NCBI GenBank assembly: GCA_963978095.1
Contig: CAXBQP010000040.1
Span: 1 to 28,386 of the forward strand
Direction: 5' to 3'
Source of the DNA: an uncultured bacterium
GTDB lineage: Bacteria; Gemmatimonadota; Gemmatimonadetes; Gemmatimonadales; Gemmatimonadaceae
Length of the DNA stretch: 28,386 bases
In this document: piece after piece, positions 7,789 to 17,927 of the stretch
Layout of the letters: each line of letters opens with the position of its first letter
How positions within the stretch are numbered: position 1 is the stretch's first letter
Position numbers and translations under genes: made by a program
The notes under the pieces: model-generated
Told to the model about the DNA's origin: nothing
What the model saw: the letters and a program-made list of their open reading frames with translations, nothing else
Database searches by the model: none

Positions 7789-10700
7789 TTAGTACCCCAG
7801 GTCGATGCTGAAGAAGAACTGACGCATCGCCGGATACGGCGCGAGGTCGATGAAGCGGTTGAAGTTCTGGTTGCCGAAGTTGTTGAACTCCGGATCGAAG
7901 CTCCAGTACTTCGACCACATCGCGAGGTTGCGGCCGCTGAGGCTGACGCGCATGTCACGGGCCTTGAACAGCTCGGCGTACTTCCGCGGAGCGTCGTAGG
8001 TGATGGTGACTTCGCGGAGCTTCACGTACGTGCCTTCGTCGATGTAGGGGCGGATGTCGCTGGCGCTGAAGAGCCCGTAGCGATAGTCACCCAGCTTGAC
8101 ACCGGTCTTCGGCGACGGATCGTTGAAATCGAACGACTGACCGCCTTCGTCGAACAGGTTCTTGGTCATCGTCGAGGTGTAGCCGCCATTGCGCCAGTCG
8201 AGCAGCGCCGAGATCGACCAATTCTTGTAGGTGATGGCGTTGTTCCAGGACACCGTCCCACGCGGATTCGCGTCGGCGATGATCGAGTCACGGATCACCG
8301 AGCCGGCGAGCGTCTCGCCCATGGCGAGCACGCGGCAGGGGAGGCCGTCCGAACCCTTGTTCACCACCAGGGCGCCATTCACCGTGCTGTTCACGCACGA
8401 GAACGGCTCGTTGCCCCAGATCTTGGAGCTGATCGTGCCCTGCGCGATGCGGTTGCGGCCGTAGGACGCACCGAACGAACCGCCCGGGGCGTTGAAGGCC
8501 GGCACCGGCAGGACGTCCACGGTCTGGACGTTCTGGTTGTACGTGAAGCGGGACTGCCACTCGAAGTCACGCGTGCGGACCGGGATGATCGTGATGCCAC
8601 CCTCGATGCCGTGCGTGGACATCTGCCCGCCGTTGATGATCTGGCTGGAGAGGCCCGAGCTGGCCGGGAGCGGGAAGGTGAGGAGCAGGTCCTTGATCAC
8701 GCGGCGATACGACGTGAGTTCGAACGAGATGCGCGAGTTCCACGCCGTGCCGTCCACGCCGAACTCGGTCTCGTTCATGTTCTCCGGCTTGATCGACGGA
8801 TTGCCGAGCGAGGTCGAGGCCACGAACGACGAGGCGCCGCCGACGATGCCGCCGGAGCCGATGAGCACGTCGCGCGCGCCGTAGTTCGGGCGGTTGCCCG
8901 ACTGGCCGATGCCGCCGCGCAACTTGAGCTCGTCCACGAACTTGCCGATCACCGGCACGAACGCGAGCGGCTTCACGAAGCGATAGCTGGCCGAGTACTT
9001 CGGGAAGGCATAGAACGTCGAACGGTCGCCATTCGCGCTCGAACGGTCGGCACGGACACCGGCGCTGAGCGAGAGCTTTTCGTCGAGAGCGATGATCTGC
9101 TCGTTGACGTAGTACGACTGATCGCGGAACTCCGAGATGCCGTCGCTGATCGCCGCCGGCTCCGCCGAGCTCGTCACCAGCTGACGGGTCGGGAGCAGGC
9201 CGCGGGCACGAACGCCATAGCTGCGGACCTTCTGGTTCTCGTACGTGGCGCCGATCGACGTCTGCGTCGACGTGAGCCAGCGGTTCTGGCGCGGGGTGAA
9301 GCTCCACACGCCGTTGATGCTCTGGTTGAACTGGAAGCTCGAAACGTTGCTGATGAGCGACGTGCCGAGGTACCCGTCGGCCGGCTCATACTGCATGTAG
9401 TTCGGCGAGTACACCGTGCCCTCATCCTGGAAGCGGTCGACGCCGGCCAGGTACGAGATCGAGATGGTGTTCATCGCGGTCGACAACAGCGAGTAGTTGG
9501 CGCGGACGTTCCCCGTCTGACGCCAGACTTCTTCGTTCGACGTCACGTTGGTGAGCACTTCGAACGGGTTCGAGTTCACCGATCCGCCGCCGTTGAAGGG
9601 CACCGGCACGTAGTGGCCGTTCGCGAGCTTCTGCTGCAGATCCATGATCGCGGGCGAGTACCCGAAGTTGTAGATCGGGCTGACACCGGCGTTGTCGTTG
9701 TTGCCGATACCGTTCTGCGTGAAGTTGTGCGTGATGTTGAGGCCCACGCTGAAGGTCAGCTTCTCGCCGATTGTCTGGTCGAGGTTCAGGCGGCCGTCGG
9801 TACGACGCGAGCCCGTGGTGAGCTGGATGCCCTTGGTGAGGCGGTCGTTGATCGAGCCGTAGAAGCGGGTGTTGCCCGAGCCACCGCGGCTCGAGACCAC
9901 CGTCTCGTACGACGGATCCTTCTGACCGTACAGCTGCCCCTGCCAATCGTAGTACGGGCAGGTGGTGACGCAGTTGGCCTTGGCCACCGAGTCGGAGCCG
10001 GCGCCGCCGCCGAGGTACGGCTGGACGTCGGCATAGCTAGAGAAGTGACGCGACCCGAGGAGCTTGAGCGGGTTCTGGGTGCCCACGCGCTGGGTGACGT
10101 TCCACTTGGTGCTGCCGGCGGAGCCCTTCTTGGTCGTGATCACGACGACGCCGTTGGTCGCGCGCGAGCCATAGATGGCGCTGGCCGCGGCCGACTTCAG
10201 GACTTCGATGCTCTCGATGTCGTTCGGATTCAGGTCGGCGAGACGGTTCACCGTCTGGTCCTGCGACGAGGTCGTGCTGCCGCTCGAGCGCGTGATGGAC
10301 GCGAGGCCGGCACCGATCGACGCGTTGGACACGATGACGCCGTCCACCACGTAGAGCGGATCGCCCTGGCCGAGAATCGACGTCGCGCCGCGGATCTGCA
10401 CCTGCATGCCGCCGCCCGGGGTGCCGCTGTTCTCGGAGATGCGCGCGCCGATCACCTTGCCGGCGAGCTGCCCTTCCACCGACTTCGCCGGCGTGCGGTT
10501 CAGCTCTTCGGCCGAGACCGTCGCGATCGCCGTCGAGGCGTTGCGACGATCCACCGTGGTGGCCTGGCCGGTCACGACCACGCCTTCAAGCTGCAGCACG
10601 TCCTTCTCGAGCGAGAAGTCCGCCGTCGACGCGCCCGCGGCGACGACGACCGAGAGACGCTTGTACCCGATTGCCCGGGCCAGTACCGTGACACTCCCCG

Positions 10701-10902
10701 CCGGAACGCGCAGGCGATATTCGCCCTTCTCGTTCGTGCGAACTCCGACCTGCTGTCCGAGCACGGACACGGTCGCGTCCGGGAGCGGAGTCCCGGCACC
10801 GCTCACGGTCACCTTACCGGTGATCTCGCGAGCTTGCGCCTGCAAATTCGCAGGCAATGCCGCAATCAACGCTGCGGCCGCCAACAGTACGAGCCTTCTC
10901 AC
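7789..10902 (-). CDS. SusC/RagA-family TonB-dependent outer-membrane transporter
   Basis: GTG start after AGGAGG, signal peptide, CarboxypepD_reg-like N-domain, TonB box LEGVVVTG, plug PLYVVDGV...LNPNDIESIEVLKSAAASAIYGSRATNGVVVITTK, C-terminal YPAMRQFFFSIDLGY. Confidence 0.95.
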   Translation of the reverse strand: MRRLVLLAAAALIAALPANLQAQAREITGKVTVSGAGTPLPDATVSVLGQQVGVRTNEKGEYRLRVPAGSVTVLARAIGYKRLSVVVAAGASTADFSLEKDVLQLEGVVVTGQATTVDRRNASTAIATVSAEELNRTPAKSVEGQLAGKVIGARISENSGTPGGGMQVQIRGATSILGQGDPLYVVDGVIVSNASIGAGLASITRSSGSTTSSQDQTVNRLADLNPNDIESIEVLKSAAASAIYGSRATNGVVVITTKKGSAGSTKWNVTQRVGTQNPLKLLGSRHFSSYADVQPYLGGGAGSDSVAKANCVTTCPYYDWQGQLYGQKDPSYETVVSSRGGSGNTRFYGSINDRLTKGIQLTTGSRRTDGRLNLDQTIGEKLTFSVGLNITHNFTQNGIGNNDNAGVSPIYNFGYSPAIMDLQQKLANGHYVPVPFNGGGSVNSNPFEVLTNVTSNEEVWRQTGNVRANYSLLSTAMNTISISYLAGVDRFQDEGTVYSPNYMQYEPADGYLGTSLISNVSSFQFNQSINGVWSFTPRQNRWLTSTQTSIGATYENQKVRSYGVRARGLLPTRQLVTSSAEPAAISDGISEFRDQSYYVNEQIIALDEKLSLSAGVRADRSSANGDRSTFYAFPKYSASYRFVKPLAFVPVIGKFVDELKLRGGIGQSGNRPNYGARDVLIGSGGIVGGASSFVASTSLGNPSIKPENMNETEFGVDGTAWNSRISFELTSYRRVIKDLLLTFPLPASSGLSSQIINGGQMSTHGIEGGITIIPVRTRDFEWQSRFTYNQNVQTVDVLPVPAFNAPGGSFGASYGRNRIAQGTISSKIWGNEPFSCVNSTVNGALVVNKGSDGLPCRVLAMGETLAGSVIRDSIIADANPRGTVSWNNAITYKNWSISALLDWRNGGYTSTMTKNLFDEGGQSFDFNDPSPKTGVKLGDYRYGLFSASDIRPYIDEGTYVKLREVTITYDAPRKYAELFKARDMRVSLSGRNLAMWSKYWSFDPEFNNFGNQNFNRFIDLAPYPAMRQFFFSIDLGY

Positions 10903-11206
10903 GGAACCTCCTAATGGAGTGGGGGAATCTGGGCGCGGCACAACGACAAGCGCCCTCGCTTCCGCGAGGGTGATTGTCGGCGAACCTGCCGGTGGAGCAA
11001 CTCAAACCTTCATCGGTAATACTACCAACGTCAAGGTTGCGTCACAGCTGTATAAAAAGAATGCAGTGCAATCCCCGACGGGTGGGGAGGGGGGCACACC
11101 CTCACCCACAACTCCGGAGGGGGACTGCCACAACAGTCACCAGTTCATCGGTTACTTTTGCCCTCGGCTCGCGCCGGCCAGCACATCACATATCTTAGAT
11201 GGTGCC

Positions 11207-11959
11207 ATGATCATCTTCGACAACGTCCGCAAGGCCTTCGGCGACCGTCAGGTCCTCTCCGGCTTCTCCCTCGAGGTCCCGGAGGGAGAGACCATGGTCA
11301 TCATCGGCTATTCCGGGACCGGCAAAAGCGTCGCGATCAAGCACATCGTCGGCCTGCTCGTCCCTGACGAAGGGAAGGTGACCGTCGACGGACAGCACGT
11401 GGCCGCCCTCTCGCGGCGCGAGCTCTACGCCCTGCGCGCCCAAATCGGCTACGTCTTCCAGTTCTCCGCGCTCTTTGACTCGCTCACGGTCTACGAGAAC
11501 GTCGCCATGGGCGTCCGGAAGCAGGGACAGCTCACCGTCGCCGAACTGGACCGCCGCGTGCACGAGGCGCTGGCCTTGGTCGACCTGCCCGACGCCGCCG
11601 GTCAGCTCCCGGTGGAACTCTCCGGCGGGATGCGCAAGCGCGTCGGAATCGCCCGCGCGATCGCCCTGCGCCCGAAATATCTGCTGTACGATGAGCCGAC
11701 CACCGGGCTCGATCCGGTTACGAGCGCCGTGATCGACGAGCTGATGCTGCGCATGCAAAAGCAGTTGGGTGTCACCGGCATCGTGATCACGCACGACATG
11801 CGCAGCGCGTACGCGGTCGGGACACGGGTCGCCATGCTGTACGAAGGTCGCGTCCAGCAAGTCGGTACGGTCGACGAGATTCGCCACTCCACCGACCCCA
11901 TCGTCCGTCAGTTCATCGAAGGGCGCGCCACCCCGATGCTGGCGGGGCCGTTCGCGTGA
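11207..11959 (+). CDS. mlaF: ABC transporter ATP-binding protein, MlaF/Mkl family
   Basis: Walker A GYSGTGKS, VFQFSALFDSLTVYENV, signature LSGGMRKRVGIARA, Walker B LLYDEPTTGLDP. Confidence 0.85.
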   Translation: MIIFDNVRKAFGDRQVLSGFSLEVPEGETMVIIGYSGTGKSVAIKHIVGLLVPDEGKVTVDGQHVAALSRRELYALRAQIGYVFQFSALFDSLTVYENVAMGVRKQGQLTVAELDRRVHEALALVDLPDAAGQLPVELSGGMRKRVGIARAIALRPKYLLYDEPTTGLDPVTSAVIDELMLRMQKQLGVTGIVITHDMRSAYAVGTRVAMLYEGRVQQVGTVDEIRHSTDPIVRQFIEGRATPMLAGPFA

Positions 11960-12501
11960 CCGATCGGCCGCGTCCTCCTCGTCGGCGGAACCCGCGACCT
12001 GTGCAGGTCGAGACGTCGGCCGGGGGCATCGTGTATCGCCGCGAAGGCGACGACACCCTCTTTCTGCTGATCCGCGACAGCTACCGGAACTGGGGCTTTC
12101 CCAAGGGCCATCTCGAGCACGACGAACCCGCGGATCACGCGGCGCTTCGCGAAGTGCAGGAAGAGACGGGGCTCGGCGTGCTCCGCTTGCACGGCACGCT
12201 GGATACGATCGACTGGCATTTCCGCTTCCGCGGCAAGCATGTCCATAAAGTCTGCCATTTCTTTCTGATCGAGACGGCGGAGCAGGCCACGGTTCCGCAG
12301 GAGGCCGAAGGGATCACCGAGTGCGCCTGGGTGCCGTACGACCAGGCCGAGCGGCTGATTGCGTACGACAACGCGCGCGCGCTGCTCCTGCAAGCGAGGA
12401 CCGTGCTCGTGGGGGCGGGTATCATCGGGGATCCGGCGGGTGGCCGGGACACTGCGACCGGCCGACGGGAGCACACCGACGTTCCGGAGCTTCCCGCGTG
12501 A
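11956..12501 (+). CDS. NUDIX hydrolase (Ap4A-hydrolase-like)
   Basis: Complete Nudix box GHLEHDEPADHAALREVQEETGL; SAGGIV and WGFPKG motifs; GTGA overlap with the upstream gene. Confidence 0.9.
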   Translation: MTDRPRPPRRRNPRPVQVETSAGGIVYRREGDDTLFLLIRDSYRNWGFPKGHLEHDEPADHAALREVQEETGLGVLRLHGTLDTIDWHFRFRGKHVHKVCHFFLIETAEQATVPQEAEGITECAWVPYDQAERLIAYDNARALLLQARTVLVGAGIIGDPAGGRDTATGRREHTDVPELPA

Positions 12502-13313
12502 CCGATCGCGCGGTGGCCACGGCGGCCGTGGGGCTGCACATCCTGGCGGTCACCCAGCGCGAGCGCACGCGCACGCTGCTGCGGCGGACCTTCCCGCGTC
12601 GCCGCGGGAAGGTGACCGTGGTTCGGGCCTCGGGGGAGTGTGCCGACGCCATGGCCAACGACTTGGTGGACGCCGTCATCGTCGATACCTCGCCCGTGAC
12701 CGAGGACTTTTGGCATGCGGCGGCGTTGGCCCGGGAGTTCCCCAGCGTTCCGTTTTTTGCCCTCGCCCCGCTCCGCATGGCCGACGGCCCGACGATCGCT
12801 CGGTGCATCAGCTATGAGTTCACCGATGTGATCGCCGAGGGAACGGACGATGCCGCGCTGGCGGAATTGGTGACGCCCAAGTCGTTCACGGTACGATTCG
12901 CCGACGCGCTGCGCGACGCCCACGGCGCGCTGGGGTTGGAATCCCAGTTGCAACGTCGTGCCTGGCAGGCAATCGTTGCCCATGGAGGACGCACGGTGCG
13001 GACCGAGGCGATTGCAGAGCAGCTCGGCGTGACCCGTGAGCATTTGAGCCGGAGCTTCAGTGTCGCGGAGGTCCCCAACCTCAAGCGTGTCATAGACTTG
13101 GTGCGTGTGATCGCCGCGGCGGAGTTGGCCAAGAATGCGGGGTATGACCTGAGCGACGTATCGCGGGTGCTGGGCTTCGCGAGCCCGAGCCATTTGACGG
13201 GCACCGCCCAGCGAATCGTGGGCACGCGTTCGGCGTCACTGGCGCGTCTCCGGACTACCGACCTGATCGAGCGTTTTCGCGCGGGTCGCGGCAGGTCCCG
13301 GAGCACGGACTAA
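12498..13313 (+). CDS. AraC-family HTH regulator with receiver-like N-terminal domain
   Basis: Two HTHs: TEAIAEQLGVTREHLSRSF and LSDVSRVLGFASPSHL. N-terminal DAVIVD...FPSVPFF resembles a degenerate receiver fold. GTGA overlap. Confidence 0.75.
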   Translation: MTDRAVATAAVGLHILAVTQRERTRTLLRRTFPRRRGKVTVVRASGECADAMANDLVDAVIVDTSPVTEDFWHAAALAREFPSVPFFALAPLRMADGPTIARCISYEFTDVIAEGTDDAALAELVTPKSFTVRFADALRDAHGALGLESQLQRRAWQAIVAHGGRTVRTEAIAEQLGVTREHLSRSFSVAEVPNLKRVIDLVRVIAAAELAKNAGYDLSDVSRVLGFASPSHLTGTAQRIVGTRSASLARLRTTDLIERFRAGRGRSRSTD

Positions 13314-13351
13314 GCGGCGTCACCACGCCGGTCTGACAGGTCGGTCGGCGG

Positions 13352-13388
13352 TTGCACGAACGCACGGCTTGTGATAATTTTCACAAGC
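13352..13388 (+). promoter_or_regulatory. atp promoter (TTGCAC-17-TAATTT) overlapped by palindromic operator GCTTGTGA-TAATTT-TCACAAGC (Rex/CRP-type)
   Basis: Perfect 8-bp inverted arms at 13367-13374 and 13381-13388; the spacer is the putative -10. Confidence 0.7.
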
Positions 13389-13491
13389 TGTACCAGAAAA
13401 TGCGCGTCTCGCATGCGCGGGGCTCCGATGTGCTGCTCGACATTCATCTCGACCCGACTGCTCTCTTTACCGCACCCAACGCCAACTGACC

Positions 13492-15057
13492 ATGGCTTCT
13501 TCGACGCTCCGCCCCGGTGAGATCAAGGACATCCTGCTTCGCGAGATCGAAGCGGCCGACCTCAATGCCCTCGACGTCGAGGAAGTCGGTACCGTCCTCG
13601 AAGTGAAGGACGGCATCGCCCGCATCTACGGCCTCCAGAAGGCGATGGCGGGCGAGATGCTCGAGATCACCTCATCCGAAACGGGCGAAAAGATCACGGG
13701 CCTCGCGCTGAACCTCGAAGAGGACAACATCGGCGCGGTCATCCTCGGCGACTACCTCCGCCTGAAGGAAGGCGACGACGTGCGCCGCACCGCGCGCGTG
13801 CTCGAGGTGCCGGTCGGGCCGGAGCTCATCGGCCGCGTGGTCGATCCGCTCGGCCGTCCGATCGACGGACTGGGCCCGATCAACGCCAAGCACACCCGCA
13901 AGGTGGAGAGCGAGGCCCCGGGCATCATCGTCCGTCAGCCCGTGAAGGAGCCGCTCCAGACCGGCATCAAGTCGATCGACGCGATGATCCCGATCGGCCG
14001 CGGCCAGCGCGAGCTCATCATCGGCGACCGTGGCACCGGCAAGACCGCCATCGCGGTCGACACGATCATCAACCAGAAGGGCACCGGCGTCATCTGCGTG
14101 TACGTCGCGATCGGGCAGAAGGCCTCGACCGTGGCGAGCGTGGTGGAGAAGCTGAAGGCGACGGGCGCGATGGAGTTCACGATCGTCGTCGCCGCCACGG
14201 CGTCGGACCCGGCTCCGATGCAGTACATCGCCCCCTATTCGGGCGCGGCGATGGCCGAGTACTTCATGTACAACGAAGGGCAGGCGACGCTCGCGGTGTA
14301 CGACGACCTCTCCAAGCAGGCTGCCGCGTACCGCCAGCTCTCGCTCGTGCTCCGTCGTCCGCCGGGCCGCGAAGCCTTCCCGGGCGACGTGTTCTATCTC
14401 CACTCGCGCCTCCTCGAGCGCGCGGCCAAGCTCTCCGAGGATCCCTCGGTGGTGGACGGCGTGAACATCCTGAAGCCGGGCGGGTCGATGACGGCGCTGC
14501 CGATCATCGAGACGCAGGCCGGCGACGTCTCGGCCTACATCCCGACGAACGTCATCTCGATCACCGACGGCCAGATCTTCCTGCAGTCGGATCTCTTCTA
14601 CTCGGGCGTGCGGCCGGCCGTGAACGTCGGCATCTCGGTGTCGCGCGTCGGTGGCGCGGCGCAGACGAAGGCGATGAAGGGCGTCGCCGGCCGTCTCCGT
14701 CTCGACCTCGCGCAGTACCGTGAGCTCGAGGCCTTCGCGGCCTTCGCATCGGACCTCGATGCCGCCACCAAGCGCCAGCTCGACCGCGGCGCCCGCACGG
14801 TGGAGATGCTCAAGCAGGGGCAGTACCAGCCGATGTCGTTCGAGTCGCAGGCGATGATCATCTACGCCGTGACCAACGGCTTCATCGACGACGTGGACGT
14901 GAACAAGGTCCGCGACTGGGAGACGGGGTTCCACGCCTTCGCGAAGGCGCAGTTCCCGCAGGTCGGTGACAAGATCCGCTCGGAGAAGGCGATCTCGAAG
15001 GAGACCGAGGCCGAGCTCAAGCGCTGCATCGAGCAGTACAAGACGAGCATCGCGTAA
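13492..15057 (+). CDS. atpA: F1 ATP synthase subunit alpha
   Basis: [53 protein letters not shown]. Confidence 0.99.
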   Translation: MASSTLRPGEIKDILLREIEAADLNALDVEEVGTVLEVKDGIARIYGLQKAMAGEMLEITSSETGEKITGLALNLEEDNIGAVILGDYLRLKEGDDVRRTARVLEVPVGPELIGRVVDPLGRPIDGLGPINAKHTRKVESEAPGIIVRQPVKEPLQTGIKSIDAMIPIGRGQRELIIGDRGTGKTAIAVDTIINQKGTGVICVYVAIGQKASTVASVVEKLKATGAMEFTIVVAATASDPAPMQYIAPYSGAAMAEYFMYNEGQATLAVYDDLSKQAAAYRQLSLVLRRPPGREAFPGDVFYLHSRLLERAAKLSEDPSVVDGVNILKPGGSMTALPIIETQAGDVSAYIPTNVISITDGQIFLQSDLFYSGVRPAVNVGISVSRVGGAAQTKAMKGVAGRLRLDLAQYRELEAFAAFASDLDAATKRQLDRGARTVEMLKQGQYQPMSFESQAMIIYAVTNGFIDDVDVNKVRDWETGFHAFAKAQFPQVGDKIRSEKAISKETEAELKRCIEQYKTSIA

Positions 15058-15920
15058 TGGCCAAGGGTCGCGAGCTCGTCGGGCGCATCAAATCGACCGA
15101 GAACACCCGGAAGATCACGCGCACGATGGAAATGGTCTCCGCTTCGAAGATGAAGCGGGCGATGGACCGGGTGATCGCCGCGCGTCCCTACGCGACGGCG
15201 CTCGGTGACGTCATCTCGAGTCTCTACAATCCGGAACTCGCCGAGAGCTTTCCGCTGCTGCGCCAGCCGCAGCAGGTCAAGCGCGCGGCGGTGATCCTGC
15301 TCACGAGCAACCGCGGTCTCGCCGGCGCCTTCAGCGCCAACCTCATCAAGGAGGCGCGCGCGTTGATCGGCCGTCTCGAGAGCGAGGGGACCGAGATCGA
15401 GCTGCACGCCGTCGGCAAGAAGGGGATCGGCTACTTCAAGTACGTCGGTCGTCCGCTGGCCACGCAACGCACGGACATCAGCGACCGTCCAACCGCGGCC
15501 GATGCGGCCTCGCTCGTGGACGACCTGATGCAGCAGTTCATCGCCGGCACGCTCGACGCGGTCTACATCGTGCAGTCGGTGTACAAGTCGGCGCTCTCGG
15601 CGCCGCCCCACAGCACGCAGGTGCTGCCGGTCGCGCGTCCGGAGTCCGCGGGCACGCAGAAGGACTATCTGCTCTACCCGTCGGCGGCGGCCATCCTCAC
15701 GGAGCTGCTCCCGGCGTACGTGCGCAATGCGGTCTACCGCGCACTGGTGGAGACGGTGGCCGCCGAGCATTCGGCGCGCCGCACGGCGATGAAGAACGCG
15801 ACCGACAACGCCACCGACATGCTCACGCTCTACCGCCGCGACTACAACCGCGCGCGTCAGGCCAACATCACCCAGGAAATCGCCGAGATCGTCGGCGGTG
15901 CCTCTGCGCTCCAAGGCTAA
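15057..15920 (+). CDS. atpG: F1 ATP synthase subunit gamma
   Basis: RIKSTENTRKITRTMEMV, RGLAGAF, ARRTAMKNATDNA, YNRARQANITQEIAEIVGG; TAATG overlap with atpA. Confidence 0.99.
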   Translation: MAKGRELVGRIKSTENTRKITRTMEMVSASKMKRAMDRVIAARPYATALGDVISSLYNPELAESFPLLRQPQQVKRAAVILLTSNRGLAGAFSANLIKEARALIGRLESEGTEIELHAVGKKGIGYFKYVGRPLATQRTDISDRPTAADAASLVDDLMQQFIAGTLDAVYIVQSVYKSALSAPPHSTQVLPVARPESAGTQKDYLLYPSAAAILTELLPAYVRNAVYRALVETVAAEHSARRTAMKNATDNATDMLTLYRRDYNRARQANITQEIAEIVGGASALQG

Positions 15921-17351
<1,431 letters not shown>

Positions 17352-17353
17352 TC

Positions 17354-17596
17354 GTGCTCAACGTCTCGGTCATCTCGCCGGAAGCGACGCTGTTCGAAGG
17401 GGAGGCGCCGTCGATCACGGCGCCCGCCTTCGATGGCGAGATCGGCATCCTCACCGGTCACGCTCCGATGGTGACGGTGCTCGGCACCGGCACGCTCACG
17501 GTCGGCAACGGGCCGTCGTTCACGGTGTCGGGCGGGTTCTTGCAGATCGTCGACAACCAAGTGCGCGTGGTCACGGAGTCGGCGGCGAAAGCCTGA
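17354..17596 (+). CDS. atpC: F1 ATP synthase subunit epsilon (short form, beta-sandwich only)
   Basis: VSVISPE...GEIGILTGHAP...VSGGFLQIVDNQVRVVTE; 80 aa; follows atpD. Confidence 0.95.
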   Translation: MLNVSVISPEATLFEGEAPSITAPAFDGEIGILTGHAPMVTVLGTGTLTVGNGPSFTVSGGFLQIVDNQVRVVTESAAKA

Positions 17597-17619
17597 GTCG
17601 TTCCGCTCGTGCATCGTTC

Positions 17620-17653
17620 ACGGTCCGCTCGGCGTTCGCGCTCAGCGGACCGT
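17620..17653 (+). terminator. Hairpin after atpC, probable atp operon terminator
   Basis: 10-bp stem ACGGTCCGCT/AGCGGACCGT followed by TCTGCGTT. Confidence 0.55.
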
Positions 17654-17905
17654 TCTGCGTTCGCTTGATTGCGATTGCCGCTTGGTCGAGGGTGAGGGCT
17701 CCCTATGCGAGCTCAACGCTCGCTAGGGGAGCCCTCACCCTCTCCCGCGCTGGTCGTGCGCGAGATCTCCAGCGCGCACCGACGTTTCCGCGTGACCCAG
17801 CCACGCAAGGGAGCGGGTCGCCCTTCCCGCAGCGACCGTTGAGGTCGCGAAGGGGAGGGCGTCCCGCGACCGACGAATGAGAGCGATGAGAGTCAGAGCA
17901 GAACG
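17651..17905. repeat. Symmetric element with two inverted, structurally conserved hairpins (REP-doublet/REPIN- or MITE-like)
   Basis: Hairpin 1 at 17684-17747 and hairpin 2 at 17809-17871 (opposite strand) share GGTCG...GCGA(G/C)CTCAACG(C/G)TCGCT...CTCCC. Outer 8-bp IR CGTTCTGC/GCAGAACG lies 25 and 26 nt from the hairpins. Confidence 0.7.
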
Positions 17906-17927
17906 CGAGCGCAGTTCGCGCCGCGAA

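Noticed and set aside
11079..11094. G-quadruplex from G-tracts (also 19993-20021)
   Set aside because: The tracts are irregular and expected in GC-rich DNA; insufficient evidence on their own.
10406..11206. Apparent 267-aa N-terminal extension on the MlaF-like ATPase
   Set aside because: It overlaps susC on the opposite strand; homology begins at MIIFDNV (11207).
10903..11206. Cobalamin or TPP riboswitch upstream of susC
   Set aside because: I could not find the B12-box/GGGAA...GCAACTGT core or the TPP CTGAGA/AGGGA cores on the correct strand.
17597..17927. CRISPR array or tRNA-like gene in the atpC-waaA gap
   Set aside because: There are no direct repeat-spacer units, no T-loop or anticodon arm, and no cas genes. 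Reported instead as an inverted hairpin element.
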